Below, in pieces: positions 1-12,320 of a DNA stretch of 64,000 nucleotides. Numbering within the stretch: the first letter of the stretch is position 1; each line of letters starts with the position of its first letter. The notes beneath the pieces are model-generated. The model did not search any database, was not told where the DNA came from, and saw only the letters and a list, made by a program, of their open reading frames with translations. The translations under genes were made by a program, and so were the position numbers. Origin of the DNA: Nitrospirales bacterium (GTDB lineage: Bacteria > Nitrospirota > Nitrospiria > Nitrospirales > UBA8639). The stretch lies in the NCBI GenBank assembly GCA_965203295.1, contig CBDBCZ010000014.1, positions 1 through 64,000 of the forward strand, given 5' to 3'.

Positions 1-314
1 CGTACAGTGTATGTAGACCCGACCTGCCTTCCTAAGTAGACTCTGGGTCTGTGAGCAGATGTTTGAGAGTGAGGCTATAGGCTTTATACAGCCCGTGACT
101 TGTAGTGCAAATACAGCACCACATAGCTTCCTCTTGTACCCCTGCAAGCTTGCTCATTCACACTGTGTATATATCCCTCTCTCTCTCATGTTCATTAAGA
201 GCTGCACATTGTGACTTTGTACCATTCGCTGTGCACTTTGGGCAAATGGACTTTTGATGTACACTTGTTACGCATCAGCTAGGTTCATTGACTTGAAACC
301 TCGTGTAAATACCC

Positions 315-485
<171 letters not shown>

Positions 486-894
486 TTATAAGTATGCACT
501 AATTATAGCAGAGTGCAATCAACTCAACTCTGCAAGGCCTCACACTCACAGCCTTTCTTGTTCAGAAGGCATCGATAGCTTGATCCTGTAACTCCACTGG
601 TAACCAATTAAGGAATGCTCCACCCTCTTTCAGTGTCCTCCAACTGGGCCAACCCCCTGTACTAAATTATACTAATGACTAGTAATTAGTGTGGCAATGG
701 TGGGCTGATAATAGTGAGGTAGTTGTCCTGCTGTGTACTGCGTAGTGAAATTACCAGTTCCTCGTAAATCGATTCTCATGACAACTTTTGCTATGGCTAT
801 AGACACATCTAAGGTTTTATGTTGCATCCTTTACCTCTCTGTTGTGGTGCTAATTGGTGTTGAAGATCCTCTTGCGAAAAATTACTAGCCCTTA

Positions 895-2920
895 AACATT
901 ACCACCCTATTTGTTCTGCCCTTTTTTGTCAGCACTGCAGCTTTTTTTATAACAGCTAGTATTCTAATTTTGCGACACTTGGTTGATTTTGCAAGTAGTG
1001 TACGAAACGTTTAGCCATTGAAATATTATGATATGCCTGTATTGTTAAATCACAGGTGTACATCTGTGGATACAAGTGATGTATAACATTCTTACCATTT
1101 CAAAACTCATTTGCACAATTCACCACAGAGACCACACCCATTTTATACGTCCTTTGATGGGTATCCTTTACTGGGTACTGTATGAGACCTCATTAGAGCA
1201 CATTAGAGCAGTTGTGATGATTTCATGAGCTATGTTATTAGCTGGACAAATTTAACTGGGGTACAGAACCTTGAGGCATTCCAGAATTCCAAACCCGGGA
1301 ATCTGAGACCCCAGACCCATGCCAGGAGTACTGTCCCGTATCTCAGCATATGCACTATAAGCCAGCATTTCATGTGGGAAAGATGTACACACACCTCGGG
1401 ACTATGCTTCCCTAGTCTTGTACCCTGGCCTTCCCTCACAGCTTTTCACGGAGAAAGCTATAAAGGAAGGCCTGGTACCGAGGCTAATCTTCACCCATGT
1501 ACACTTAAAAATACTTTTATCAGTAAGATGCTCTCTCTGTTTGCTGAGTGGTGTCTCTTACTCTGTTAGAGACTCTAAAGGAGTCAATCAGGTGACTATT
1601 GTTGAGGTAGTCTGGACCGGCTTTGACTCCTAATGAGCTGGTAACAGCAGCAGCTTACAGGCTCTCTGACAGTGAGTAAGACTACCACTATAGCCTCGTT
1701 CCCAGGCACTCAAACACTGGAAGGAGACTAATTGTACATTGTACGTGCAGTCAGTCAGAGGGTTGCTGTTGGCGCCTTGTGCTGTGTATCGCAAATAGAG
1801 TGCTAATGGTTTTCTGGGTACCAAAAAGATTACGTATTAATTGTTACCAAGTTAGAGGCCTTTGGAAGGGGATTTCCTGGGGTTCACACCCCCTTGTTTG
1901 AAGCCCTGTATTAATTGCTGCCAAGTTAGAGGCCTTTGGAGGGGGATTTCCTGGGGTTCACACCCCCTTGTTTGAAGCCTTGTATATCCAGAAACCAGAA
2001 CCTTCCACCAGTAAGGGCTTTTGTTTTCTTCTGTGTAGTGAAAGTACCACTTCTTCATAAATCAATAATGAGACTTGTTTTATGACAGTTATTAACACAT
2101 TGTATCTCAAAACAGTCTTTGTCAGCTGTGGTGAAAATTAGCGTTGAAAATCGCTGACAGCTGCACACATCCTGAAAGCCACTTATGGATCACTTGTGAG
2201 ATGACATTAGCGCCCTATCTGTTCTGTCCTTGTTTGGCGGCACTGTAGCTTTAGCTTTATGACAGCTAGTACTCTACAGTTGGGCTTATTGGAAGCAACA
2301 CATAAACAGAGCACATCTGATATGGGTGATATTGTGAGTTGTGTATGAAACACTTTGCCTTTATATGTCATGTTTTGAACATGTGTTCAAAATAATTAAA
2401 TCGCAAGTGGACATCACTGTTTCTCAAATTGACTTACTTAGCATTTCGAAACACATTTGCACAATCAACCACTGAGATCACACCCATTTCAGGTCCTTTT
2501 AATGGTTATCCTTTACTGAGTACTGTATGAGAGCTTCACCACTGCATTGGTTAGGTGCTGGTCGATAAGTAGCATTATTCCCAAACTCTCATTATACCCC
2601 CAGTGAGTTTCATTGAGGGACACATACATGTAATTGGAGCATAGTCTGCAGTTGTGATGATCGTTTCATGAGTTTTGATTATCATCAGCTGAAATGGAGT
2701 ACAGAACCTGGAATCTGGAATCCCAGTCCTGAGTCTAGGTGATGCGGGTCAGAATCTGAATTCAGACCTAGGAATCTAGACTCCCGAGTATGCATAGCCT
2801 GAGATCCCAAACCAATCAAGAAGCACTTTATTCCAGGGTATAAGTTTTTTTTATTTGGAAAGATGTGCACAACACACATTGCAGAAGCCACTCCCCCATG
2901 GGTACCTTGAGACTATGCTC
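895..2920 (+). repeat. Degenerate local duplication (~895-1412 vs ~2205-2920)
   Basis: Shared blocks in the same order: ccctat.tgttctg.cctt (905/2213), catttgcacaat..accac.gaga.cacaccca (1108/2454), tatcctttactg.gtactgtatgaga (1162/2507), ggaaagatgt.cac (1377/2857). Confidence 0.75.
1834..1985 (+). repeat. 74-bp tandem duplication (2 copies)
   Basis: ccaagttagaggcctttgga.ggggatttcctggggttcacacccccttgtttgaagcc occurs at 1847 and 1921. Confidence 0.9.
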
Positions 2921-4446
2921 CCCCCCACACACACACTTACTGGGTGCCATTACTGTTACAGTAATTTAGTTTTGGGGTGGGGGGATTTCCCAGGGGTCTC
3001 ATCCCCTGTATGAACCGTGATGTAATGTTGTCCCATCTGTAGGAGCCTTTCCTTACTGATAATCAAGTGCTAGCATATCAGGTGGGGCTTGTATCCAAGC
3101 CTTCCCACCCCGGCTTTTTAGGCTAAGCTGTGTGACTGAAGCCTGTGGCCTGGGTAAGGGGCTATATAGGACTGGTTTATTCTAGTTTTCTCATTGATGT
3201 GGCTACTTGTTTCCAGCAAACTGGCTATTGTGGAGGAACTGTTGTTAATTCAGCCGGAAGAATATGCCATACTGTTGTTGGAAAAAGGGTTATTATTAAT
3301 TAATAGTCAACCATAACTAAATGGGTTGATTTTGGTGAGAAAAAACACCCTTAAAGTTTTACATAATATACGTTTAGTTAGTTAACAAAATTTGTTTTTG
3401 CTCCTACAAAAACACTGTATTTAATTAAAACGGCACTAGTACATGTACATGTACAGCTACATGTATATAGAGTGCCAAACTATGTAGCTTGAGTCTGAGA
3501 CCACCAGTGTGGCTCCACCACATCACCCAGCATGCATGTGATGTGCACACATGGTACATGATCTGGCATCTGGAAGCATGGGGCAATTAGGTCTGTGTGT
3601 TGTGGGCTGTGAGGTCTCTATTGGCTGCTGATGCAATGGCATCTGGGGCATGCTGTGTACATACAGCCCATCTGCTCACCTCCACCACATACTAAATGTA
3701 GAGGACCTGCCAATGCAGCCATTTGGGCTCATCTGTGCGGTAGCGCCTAGCTGGAGTTAGCCACCAACTCCTAGTTGACCAGCAGCTGCAAATTCTGTTT
3801 ACCTACAGCTACACTCAAGAATGCATAAATATAATATTTCCACCCTTGCTACACTATATACACATGTAGACGGGCCTCTAAATGAGTATGGGTTTATCGT
3901 AGTCTCCTAATCATCCACCTAAAATTAGCTTCATTAAGTCTTATAAACGGTGCCCCCCTAAGGCCCCAACAGCCACAACAATCTGACAATGAAAAGTGTA
4001 CATGTATAACCACCAAAGATACATGTACGTATACTCCTAGTGTCATTCCCAGTATAAAATGTATAATTGAAGGGATACCCTCCTGATTTAAAAGTCATAA
4101 ACCTGAGTTTTACCAGGTGAAAGAGCGTCTTGTGTTCTCAAGCTGTGTGTCCTATTCTCATTCCCATACCGCCTGGGAATGAGAACATAATTATTATCTG
4201 CTCCAGAACTCTGCCACTGTGTAGTACATGTATAATACATGGTAGCCATTGCCCTGTCCCCATTAACTAATTGATAAGCTCCTACACCCCGCACGCAGTA
4301 TCTCAACCTATTGCTATGGCAACAGTTATACTGGATTCTGCCAATCCTCGTTCTCAGGCCAGTGACTTTTTCGGTTACACGAAGAAAAGCAACGGTTTTC
4401 GTTAGCCACAAAAGTTGCGGGCCTGGGAAAGAGACTAGTTCCTGCC

Positions 4447-4790
4447 TAGCCTCTTTCCCAGGCCCGCGCCATTTTTGGTTGCACGAAAGATGTCACAGGG
4501 CCTGGGGTCTAAAATCACGTGCACGAAGCCAAGAGTAGAAAGATAGTAGAAAGGTAATCACGAGTGTGGGCGAGTACACGTGCAATTCTCAGACGAGTGA
4601 AGGTAGCGAATCTATGTAGCTTTTCTTTATAGCCTGTTTGTGTCATAGACTTACCACTGAAAGAAAGTATCCTGTAAAATGTCGAGAGCCGTCTTTCGAA
4701 GTGGATTGTGACGTAAGTTGACTTTAATTACCCGGCCCTGTGACTTTCCTTCGTGCAACTGAAAAAGTCGCAGGCCTGGGAGCGAGGCTA
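4447..4790. mobile_element. Non-autonomous DNA transposon, TAGCCTC..GAGGCTA family (AcademH-like)
   Basis: TIR tagcctctttcccaggcc / ggcctgggagcgaggcta. Flanking 9-mers are gttcctgcc / gctcctacc (2 mismatches). A second short copy sits directly upstream at ~4343-4437. Confidence 0.75.
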
Positions 4791-4904
4791 GCTCCTACCT
4801 ATGTACATGTAGCTGTAGATGTGTAGTGAGCACGATGTTTTTTTTTTACCAGTCATCATGTCCTCCAGCTCGACCGCATCTTAATACGTATGTCCATGCA
4901 TCAC

Positions 4905-5070
4905 TAGGGTTATAGGGTTGCATATCGTGTAGGTCTAGGGTTAGGTCTAGGGTTGCATGTAGGTCTAGGGTTAGGTCTAGGGTTAGGACTACATGTACCT
5001 TTAGGGGTTCAGTGTTGGGGGTAGGGTTCAGGGTTAGGAGTAGGGCTTAGGTTCAGGGTTAGAGTTAGGG
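4905..5070 (+). repeat. Degenerate TTAGGG-like repeat tract
   Basis: Repeated tagggtt, ggtctagggttagg, gggttcagggttagg and gagttaggg units. Confidence 0.65.
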
Positions 5071-5631
5071 CTCTGAGCCTCTGACTGGGGTTAGTGGAGA
5101 CTAGAGTAGAGTTTGGTAGGTTAGGATCTGGGGGATATACCACGTCTACGAGGAGTATAAACGCAGATATACTTCGCTAGACGGTTTACCCGAGGCGATA
5201 GGGTAAAGGCGTTTATATTCCGAGTATACAACATTTGACCAATCAGCGGAGTAGGTACCTAGAAACGCTGGGCTAGCATTCCCAGAGGCAGCAGTTATTT
5301 ACGATGTCATAATACATGAAAACATGAAAGTAGTATAATAAACATGAAAACATAAATGTGGTATATGACCCTTTATACTCCTCTTCTGCTCCAATCAAAC
5401 ACCTTAGATGTGATGTAATGTGGTATAAATTGAGATCTTATTGTGGTGGTGTCATGTGACATGTGTGTGATAGCAGATGCATGTGACATGTGTGTGATAG
5501 CAGATGAGGGGGTGGCAATAACTCAACTACACTACTGGTAACATGATACTGCAAACAGAATACACAACAGTCTTCTGGCTATCTGATGTAGTAGGGTGAT
5601 GATGTATATAGACCCAAAGTCACTACATGTA

Positions 5632-6202
5632 CCATAGACTCGGGTTATCAGGCGCACTTCATTATGTAGCGCACATACGCTATCAGGCACATGCTCGCTT
5701 CTTGGCCCAAAGCCGCAAAAACCTTGTTAAGAGGCGCACGTTCCAATTAAACGTAATATGGGTTGGAGCAACTGCACACAAATCGAACAGAGACTGCTAG
5801 CAGCTAGCTAAGTGAGGGGGTTTACTTTGTAACTGCCCAGTCATCAAGTTGCTAGCTAGGTAAGTCAAAGCCTATAGAGGGAGCAAGCATGCACCGATCC
5901 TCATTCGAGTTGATCGAGCACGCTCTCATCTCAGACTGCTCTCCGCATCTCCAACCGCTCTCTGCCGAGTTACATCGCCGACCGCTTTGATAAACTGCGA
6001 TCCCATATCGGTAGTTGGTAATCGGCTACCGGTACCAGCAACAATTTTATGGCTAGCTACCGTAACTTTGCCGCGATGATGTCATGAAAAACTAGGCGTG
6101 GTCAACCTTTAACCCCCGTTATGTAGCGCACTTCGTTATGTAGCGCATATATTTTTGCTATTGTCCCAACTAGCGCATGCGCTTGATAACCCGAGTCTAC
6201 GG
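5632..6202. mobile_element. Tc1/mariner-pogo-type MITE
   Basis: TIR cc(a/g)tagactcgggttatca(g/a)gcgca at both ends; TA at 5630-31 and 6203-04; no ORF. Confidence 0.88.
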
Positions 6203-6285
6203 TAGCTGTCTGTGAAATGCAGTAATCTGGCATCTTATTTGCACTTATGAGCGCATGTCAGCAGAGTAGAATAACATAAACATGT

Positions 6286-6351
6286 TTGTGAATAACTTCC
6301 TGCACTTTCTGTGTGCATGTACCTCAAGAAAGTGCAGGAAGTTATTCACAA
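6286..6351. repeat. Perfect hairpin, 25-bp arms and 16-nt loop
   Basis: ttgtgaataacttcctgcactttct (6286-6310) / agaaagtgcaggaagttattcacaa (6327-6351). Confidence 0.9.
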
Positions 6352-7451
6352 GTAGCTATATGTCTGTTGATGTCTGAAATTAGTGGTGTGTACATATATT
6401 TTGAAAGGTGCAGTAATTTTATGTTATCTGTTTGCAGAGCTGTAAGTGTACTGTGCCACTGTTTTTGTACAGTGACAGGCTTTTAAGGAGGTACAGTACA
6501 TGTCCAATGCACTGAAAGAGCAGTATGGTAGCAGCCCTGTAAACAGATGCCAAGTAGCTACATCGTAGCGATACTGAGTTTGCAATGTATGATAATGATG
6601 TTTCTTCCGAATTTTAGCAGAAGTTCATTCACAAGTTGATGGCATTTCTACTACAACTTCTTTGTGTGTTCAATATGATTACAACAGTGTATATGACAAC
6701 TTTTGAAAGGACTTAATTCAGCTGTAATTTGCAGAAACTTCATTAGCTATCTATCGCAAAATCTACTACCCAACTGAATATAATTCTGCATGTATGTAGC
6801 AGACACTCTATCCACAGTATACTGCAGTTTGACAGACTTCTAGGACAAGACTCATAATGTTTATGTGGAGCTCTATACATGTACATGCAATGGCTATTCT
6901 ACATTGTATGTGTCGTCTTCATGGGGAAGACTATGGCTGCAGTGACAGTCCAGTGGAATATTATCTAGGTGAATGTAGTGTTGAGCTTGTGAGTCAAAAT
7001 TTTGCAGAGCTCTGAACATATACATGTAATTATGACCTTAATTAATTAATTAATTCCATCCTCACAACATTGACAGATATACAATGTCTACCATTACAGA
7101 CTCAATATACATGTACATTTACTTCATGTGACATGTACATAGTTTTGCATTTTGGGGAGCGCGTTTTCTTATCTGCTCTCCCACAGTTCCAGCCATCTTG
7201 TCCCCATTAGCAGTGACACTGCTTTGATTCAGCAGTTGGCTCCCTGCCACCACCTGTGCTGCCAAGCCACTGTTTGTACTATTGTGGTATTCCTTCCTGG
7301 TAGGCACCGCTTTGAGCTCCGAAGGGAGTTTGTTTTGCCAATCAGAACATGACTGTTACATGTGTCTACTTACATAACAGCAAAATGTTTTGTGATTGTA
7401 GCTATGTAAGAGTTCCTCAGCTTTTACAAGCTCAGGTATGTAGCCCTCTCT

Positions 7452-8015
7452 TAGTCTCGCGGGCCAGACGATTTTTGTTGGGGGAAGTTACGTCTGGCCA
7501 CCATAGCCACGCTTCCGTTACGCGTTGGAATGTAGTGCACGTGACGCAGTCATTTTTCACGAGGCAGAACGCAATTATTATGTGATCGTGAAGCTACATG
7601 TAATAGACTCTCGCCTTATAATCACAATATGGACAATCGGTAGAGATGTGCTTGCTTTGTGAGTCAGCGGTAACGGCGTAGGAACGTCGAAATCTTCACA
7701 GTGAGTCTACAGAGCATGTGCTTCCTATTTTGCTCGAGTTGTCCGGTGCACTTGAGACACCAGCGACGGAAACCATCTTTTATTTTAAAACTTATTACTC
7801 GTTCCTGGTTCGGCCGAAGCATAGCTAACTCGCAACTTTCGCTAACACGCTTTTCTCGATAACATCAGGACAGACTGTCATGTGACTGATACGCAAGAGC
7901 TATGTAGTAATTGAACGCTCTGCAATCTGATTGGTGTCGCCCACATTCTGGCGACGTTTGCAAAAACGTGGCAAACGTGACCAGACGTACTTTAATCGTC
8001 TGGCCCGCGAGACTA
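7452..8015. mobile_element. Non-autonomous DNA transposon with perfect 9-bp TSD (AcademH-like)
   Basis: 22-bp TIR tagtctcgcgggccagacgatt / aatcgtctggcccgcgagacta; TSD gccctctct at 7443-7451 and 8016-8024. Confidence 0.9.
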
Positions 8016-8635
8016 GCCCTCTCTGGGACTCCACTGACATTATCACGTAGCAACAGCTGTGGGGGAGGCTGTGTACTTAGCTGTCTCTCTCTGTCTCCAC
8101 CAAGGGTGAACCAATTAATAGCCCTAGTAGGGGTACATGCCAAACTCCCAGACATACTTTTTCGTTTGTGTGATATTCCTGTGTAGAAATTGAAAATTTC
8201 GTTCTGTATTTCAATTGCATCGCTGTGACCTTTCGCTACGATCACGTGTGATGCATGTTTGCATCGATATTGCTGATGTCTTTGCACAGCATGCTTTAGC
8301 CCCATCCCTAACGGATGTGTGGAGACTGGTTGCATCGATATTGCTGATGCCTTGAATACAGTGCCGTGATTGAGGTATGCCATGGAATATTCAATTTCGG
8401 CTTGGGGAGGTACGCCATGGAATATTCAATTTCGGCTTGGGACTATAACTTAATTTCAAGAGCATATATACCAGCTACGTAGCTGCGTGTGTTGTTCAAA
8501 TTAGATAGGTTTTGCAAGCAGAAATCAGAGCCTGGGTTTTTTAATTCAATAAGCTTGACTAGGTATGGTAGCGTTTAATGTTGTTCTCATATTGTGGTCC
8601 CCCCCCCCCCTAAAACTAAGCTCATAAGCTGTTAA

Positions 8636-9085
8636 TTGGGCAAGCGTGAGCGAGCCCCACACTAGTGTGTTCAATGGAGAATTTGTCTGTGCGTACGGTG
8701 TACGTACGTACGTACGCACATACCGCATATCGTTTCGCGTTTCAATATAACGTTTCAAATAGTTTCCGTAATATTCCAAATTGTTCACGTGGCCACGGTG
8801 GCTGCAGTGCAGCTAGCTTAGGGATGCTCTCACAGAGTAGACTGCAGCGGCAAAGGCTACAGCGTTGCCGTATATATCCCCAGGTTGGCGATAAATCACA
8901 TTGGAACAGCAGAGAGCGAGTTCTAGAGCCAGAAGAGTTGTCATTTCTCCAGGCCACCGACAGTGACACTGAGACGAGAGAAGGAGCCAAAAGAGCTGCT
9001 GAGGGCGCGTCGCCGCTATAGCTAACATACACATGGGCTAATACCTCGCTCACGCTCGCCCCACAATGCTTTGCATTCACCTAGT
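8636..9085 (+). mobile_element. Non-autonomous Helitron/Helentron-like element, copy 1
   Basis: 5' gggc.agcgtgagcgag and subterminal inverted ctcgctcacgctcgccc, then a short hairpin aatgc-ttt-gcatt and a CTAGT end; no TSD seen. Confidence 0.7.
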
Positions 9086-9189
9086 ATGAAGGAATGTTGA
9101 TTACTGTAGTTATATGCATTGTAGTCAGTGTTCTCACCAGGGGGTCTGCACCTACTAGTCCATCACTCTGGCACCATTACTGTAGTTAT

Positions 9190-9641
9190 ACTAGGTGAAT
9201 GCAAAGCATTGTGGGGCGAGCGTGAGCGAGGTATTAGCCCATGCGTACGTTAGCGGCGACGCGCCCTCAGCAGCTCTTTTGGCTCCTTCTCTCGTCTCAG
9301 TGTCACTGTCGGTGGCCTGGAGAAATGTTCTGGCTCTAGAACTCGCTCTCTGCTGTTCCAATGTGACTTATCGCCAACCTGGGTATATATGCAGCAACGC
9401 TGTAGCCTTTGCCGCTGCCGTCTACTCTGTGAGAGCATCCCTAAGCTAGCTGCACTGCAGCCACTGTGGCCACGCGAACAATTTGGAATATTACGGAAAC
9501 TATTTTAAACGTTATATTGAAGCACGAAGCGATATGCGGTATGTGCGTACGTACGTACGTACGTACACCGTACGTACACCGTACGCACAGACAAATTCTC
9601 CATTGAACACACTAGTGTGGGGCTCGCTCACGCTCGCCCAA
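9190..9641 (-). mobile_element. Non-autonomous Helitron/Helentron-like element, copy 2 (inverted)
   Basis: Reverse complement of 8636-9085 with small indels; it interrupts the 76-bp array. Confidence 0.7.
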
Positions 9642-9645
9642 ATAT

Positions 9646-10600
9646 TATGCATTGTAGTCAGTGTTCTCACCAGGGGGTCTGCACCTACTAGTCCATCACT
9701 CTGGCATCATTACTGTAGTTATATGCATTGTAGTCAGTGTTCTCACCAGGGGGTCTGCACCTACTAGTCCATCACTCTGGCGTCATTACTGTAGCTATAT
9801 GCATTGTAGTCAGTGTTCTCACCAGGGGGTCTGCACCTACTAGTCCATCACTCTGGCGTCATTACTGTAGTTATATGCATTGTAGTCAGTGTTCTCACCA
9901 GGGGGTCTGCACCTACTAGTCCATCATTCTGGCGTCATTACTGTAGTTATATGCATTGTAGTCAGTGTTCTCACCAGGGGGTCTGCACCTACTAGTCCAT
10001 CACTCTGGCGTCATTACTGTAGTTATATGCATTGTAGTCAGTGTTCTCACCAGGGGGTCTGCACCTACTAGTCCATCACTCTGGCGTCATTACTGTAGTT
10101 ATATGCATTGTAGTCAGTGTTCTCACACCTACTAGTCCATCACTCTGGCGTCATTACTGTAGTTATATGCATTGTAGTCAGTGTTCTCACCAGGGGGTCT
10201 GCACCTACTAGTCCATCACTCTGGCGCCATTACTGTAGTTATATGCATTGTAGTCAGTGTTCTCACCAGGGGGTCTGCACCTACTAGTCCATCACTCTGG
10301 CGCCATTACTGTAGTTATATGCATTGTAGTCAGTGTTCTCACCAGGGGGTCTGCACCTACTAGTCCATCACTCTGGCGTCATTACTGTAGTTATATGCAT
10401 TGTAGTCAGTGTTCTCACCAGGGGGTCTGCACCTACTAGTCCATCACTCTGGCGTCATTACTGTAGTTATATGCATTGTAGTCAGTGTTCTCACACCTAC
10501 TAGTCCATCACTCTGGCGTCATTACTGTAGTTATATGCATTGTAGTCAGTGTTCTCACCAGGGGGTCTGCACCTACTAGTCCATCACTCTGGCGTCATTA
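9646..10600 (+). repeat. 76-bp minisatellite, ~13 units plus one detached unit at ~9101-9190
   Basis: Unit ttactgtagttatatgcattgtagtcagtgttctcaccagggggtctgcacctactagtccatcactctggcgtca. Two 64-bp deletion units occur near 10117 and 10485. Confidence 0.95.
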
Positions 10601-10991
10601 TTATTAGATCATTCTAAACACCACTGTGGTGCTGAATGTGTGGTTACATTCCACTGTAATTTAGTTCACTATTATTTTTTGTTGGGGGGGGGGGGGGGGG
10701 AGGAGGAGGAGGAGGGAGGCACCCTGAATTATTTGCCTGTTCTCAGCAATCTTAATTAGCCTATTGGCTGTGTGACTGATATCACTGTACAGCTTGTATC
10801 ATTGAATGTGAGTCTTCAATATCCCTTATACAAGACCAATTTCTCAGGTAGCAGCAAACCTACATGGCTGTTGGAAGGGATGTCGGCTACTACAAACATC
10901 AGACAAATTCTTCCAATAGATCCGATATTATCATGGGAACCCCACTATCTAGTGATAAGAGTATCTGCTGATATGCTTGTACACATGTATA

Positions 10992-11145
10992 CAGTGAATC
11001 CCCTCTATTGTGGACACCTTGGGGACCTGGCAAAGTGTCCTGTATACACAGGTGTCCTCAATTCAGGGATATATTTACATGAGCATAATAGCTTTTTACA
11101 GAGATGTCCTTATTTCAGTGGTGACCTTTAAGAGGGGTTCCACTG
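10992..11145. mobile_element. Short Tc1/mariner-type MITE
   Basis: TIR cagtgaatcccctct / agaggggttccactg flanked by TA. Related ends occur at ~11445 and ~59656. It lies inside an older duplication (10775-11040 vs 11239-11590). Confidence 0.8.
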
Positions 11146-12212
11146 TATTTTCTGTTTACATATTATTTTTCGTTTGTTTGTTTTGGGGGATGTACTATTT
11201 GCCCCATTCTTAGCAGCCTATTTGCTGTGTACATGTAAGTGATATCACTACAGCTTATATACCCTTGATTCTGAGGCTTCCCTCATGCAAGACCGACTTC
11301 TCACGTAGCAGCAAACACATGACTGTTGGAAGGAATGTCGGCACTACTAACATAAGCCAAATCCTTCCACTATATCATATATCATGGGACCCCCACTATC
11401 TAGTGACTGAGTATCTGCTGATATGCTTCTACACGTACTTGTATACAGTGCAAATGGAACCCCTCTATTGTGGACACCTTGGCGACCTGGTACATGTACA
11501 AGCATCAGCCAAATCCTAATCAGATATCGTGGGACCCCCACTATCTAGTGACTGAATACCAGCATCAGCTGGCTACAGATATGCTTGTACACATTCTACA
11601 CAAGAAGTCCCATAGCGTCAAACTTATTCTGTCAAGCTAGTTCCCACATTGTACCAGTCACTGTTGCATGCTTGTGTGTGAGAGTACAGACTGTTAGGCG
11701 GGTGGACATGAAATGAGACGAGCTTACACATCCTCAACTAACTGTCTTGATAACCTCCCAGTGTGTGCTTATATATGTAGTCTTGTGTCCATGCAGACCT
11801 TCACTTCCTCACAGTGAAGGAATCTCTAGGAACTTTCTGGGTTCAGGGCTGGGATTGCAGCTGTATAGTGCTTCTGCAACGTTGCTATACATGACGTTTA
11901 GTTAGATAATTGAGTAATATAAGTCCGTACTCCTGGCTGGACTGAAAGCATGTACATGAACAAAGGAATGGAAATTAGCCTATACATGTATATTGATGCA
12001 AACTCTCAGATCTTAAGACAAGTTGTTTTGTCATACTTATTCCGGCGTCATTTATTGGCAAACTGTAGCACTTACATGTAGCAGCTAACCAGAGACCCAC
12101 ATGTGTACCATGTGTCTGTTACATGTACATGTACCTAGCAGCTACATGTACATGTAACCATGCACCATCTGCACCCAGTGTTCACCAGCAACTCCATGGA
12201 GGCCTGGGAATG

Positions 12213-12320
<108 letters not shown>

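Noticed and set aside
9646..10600. Regular repeat array resembling CRISPR, with repeated 60-aa ORFs
   Set aside because: Units are contiguous with no unique spacers, there are no cas genes, and the context is eukaryotic.
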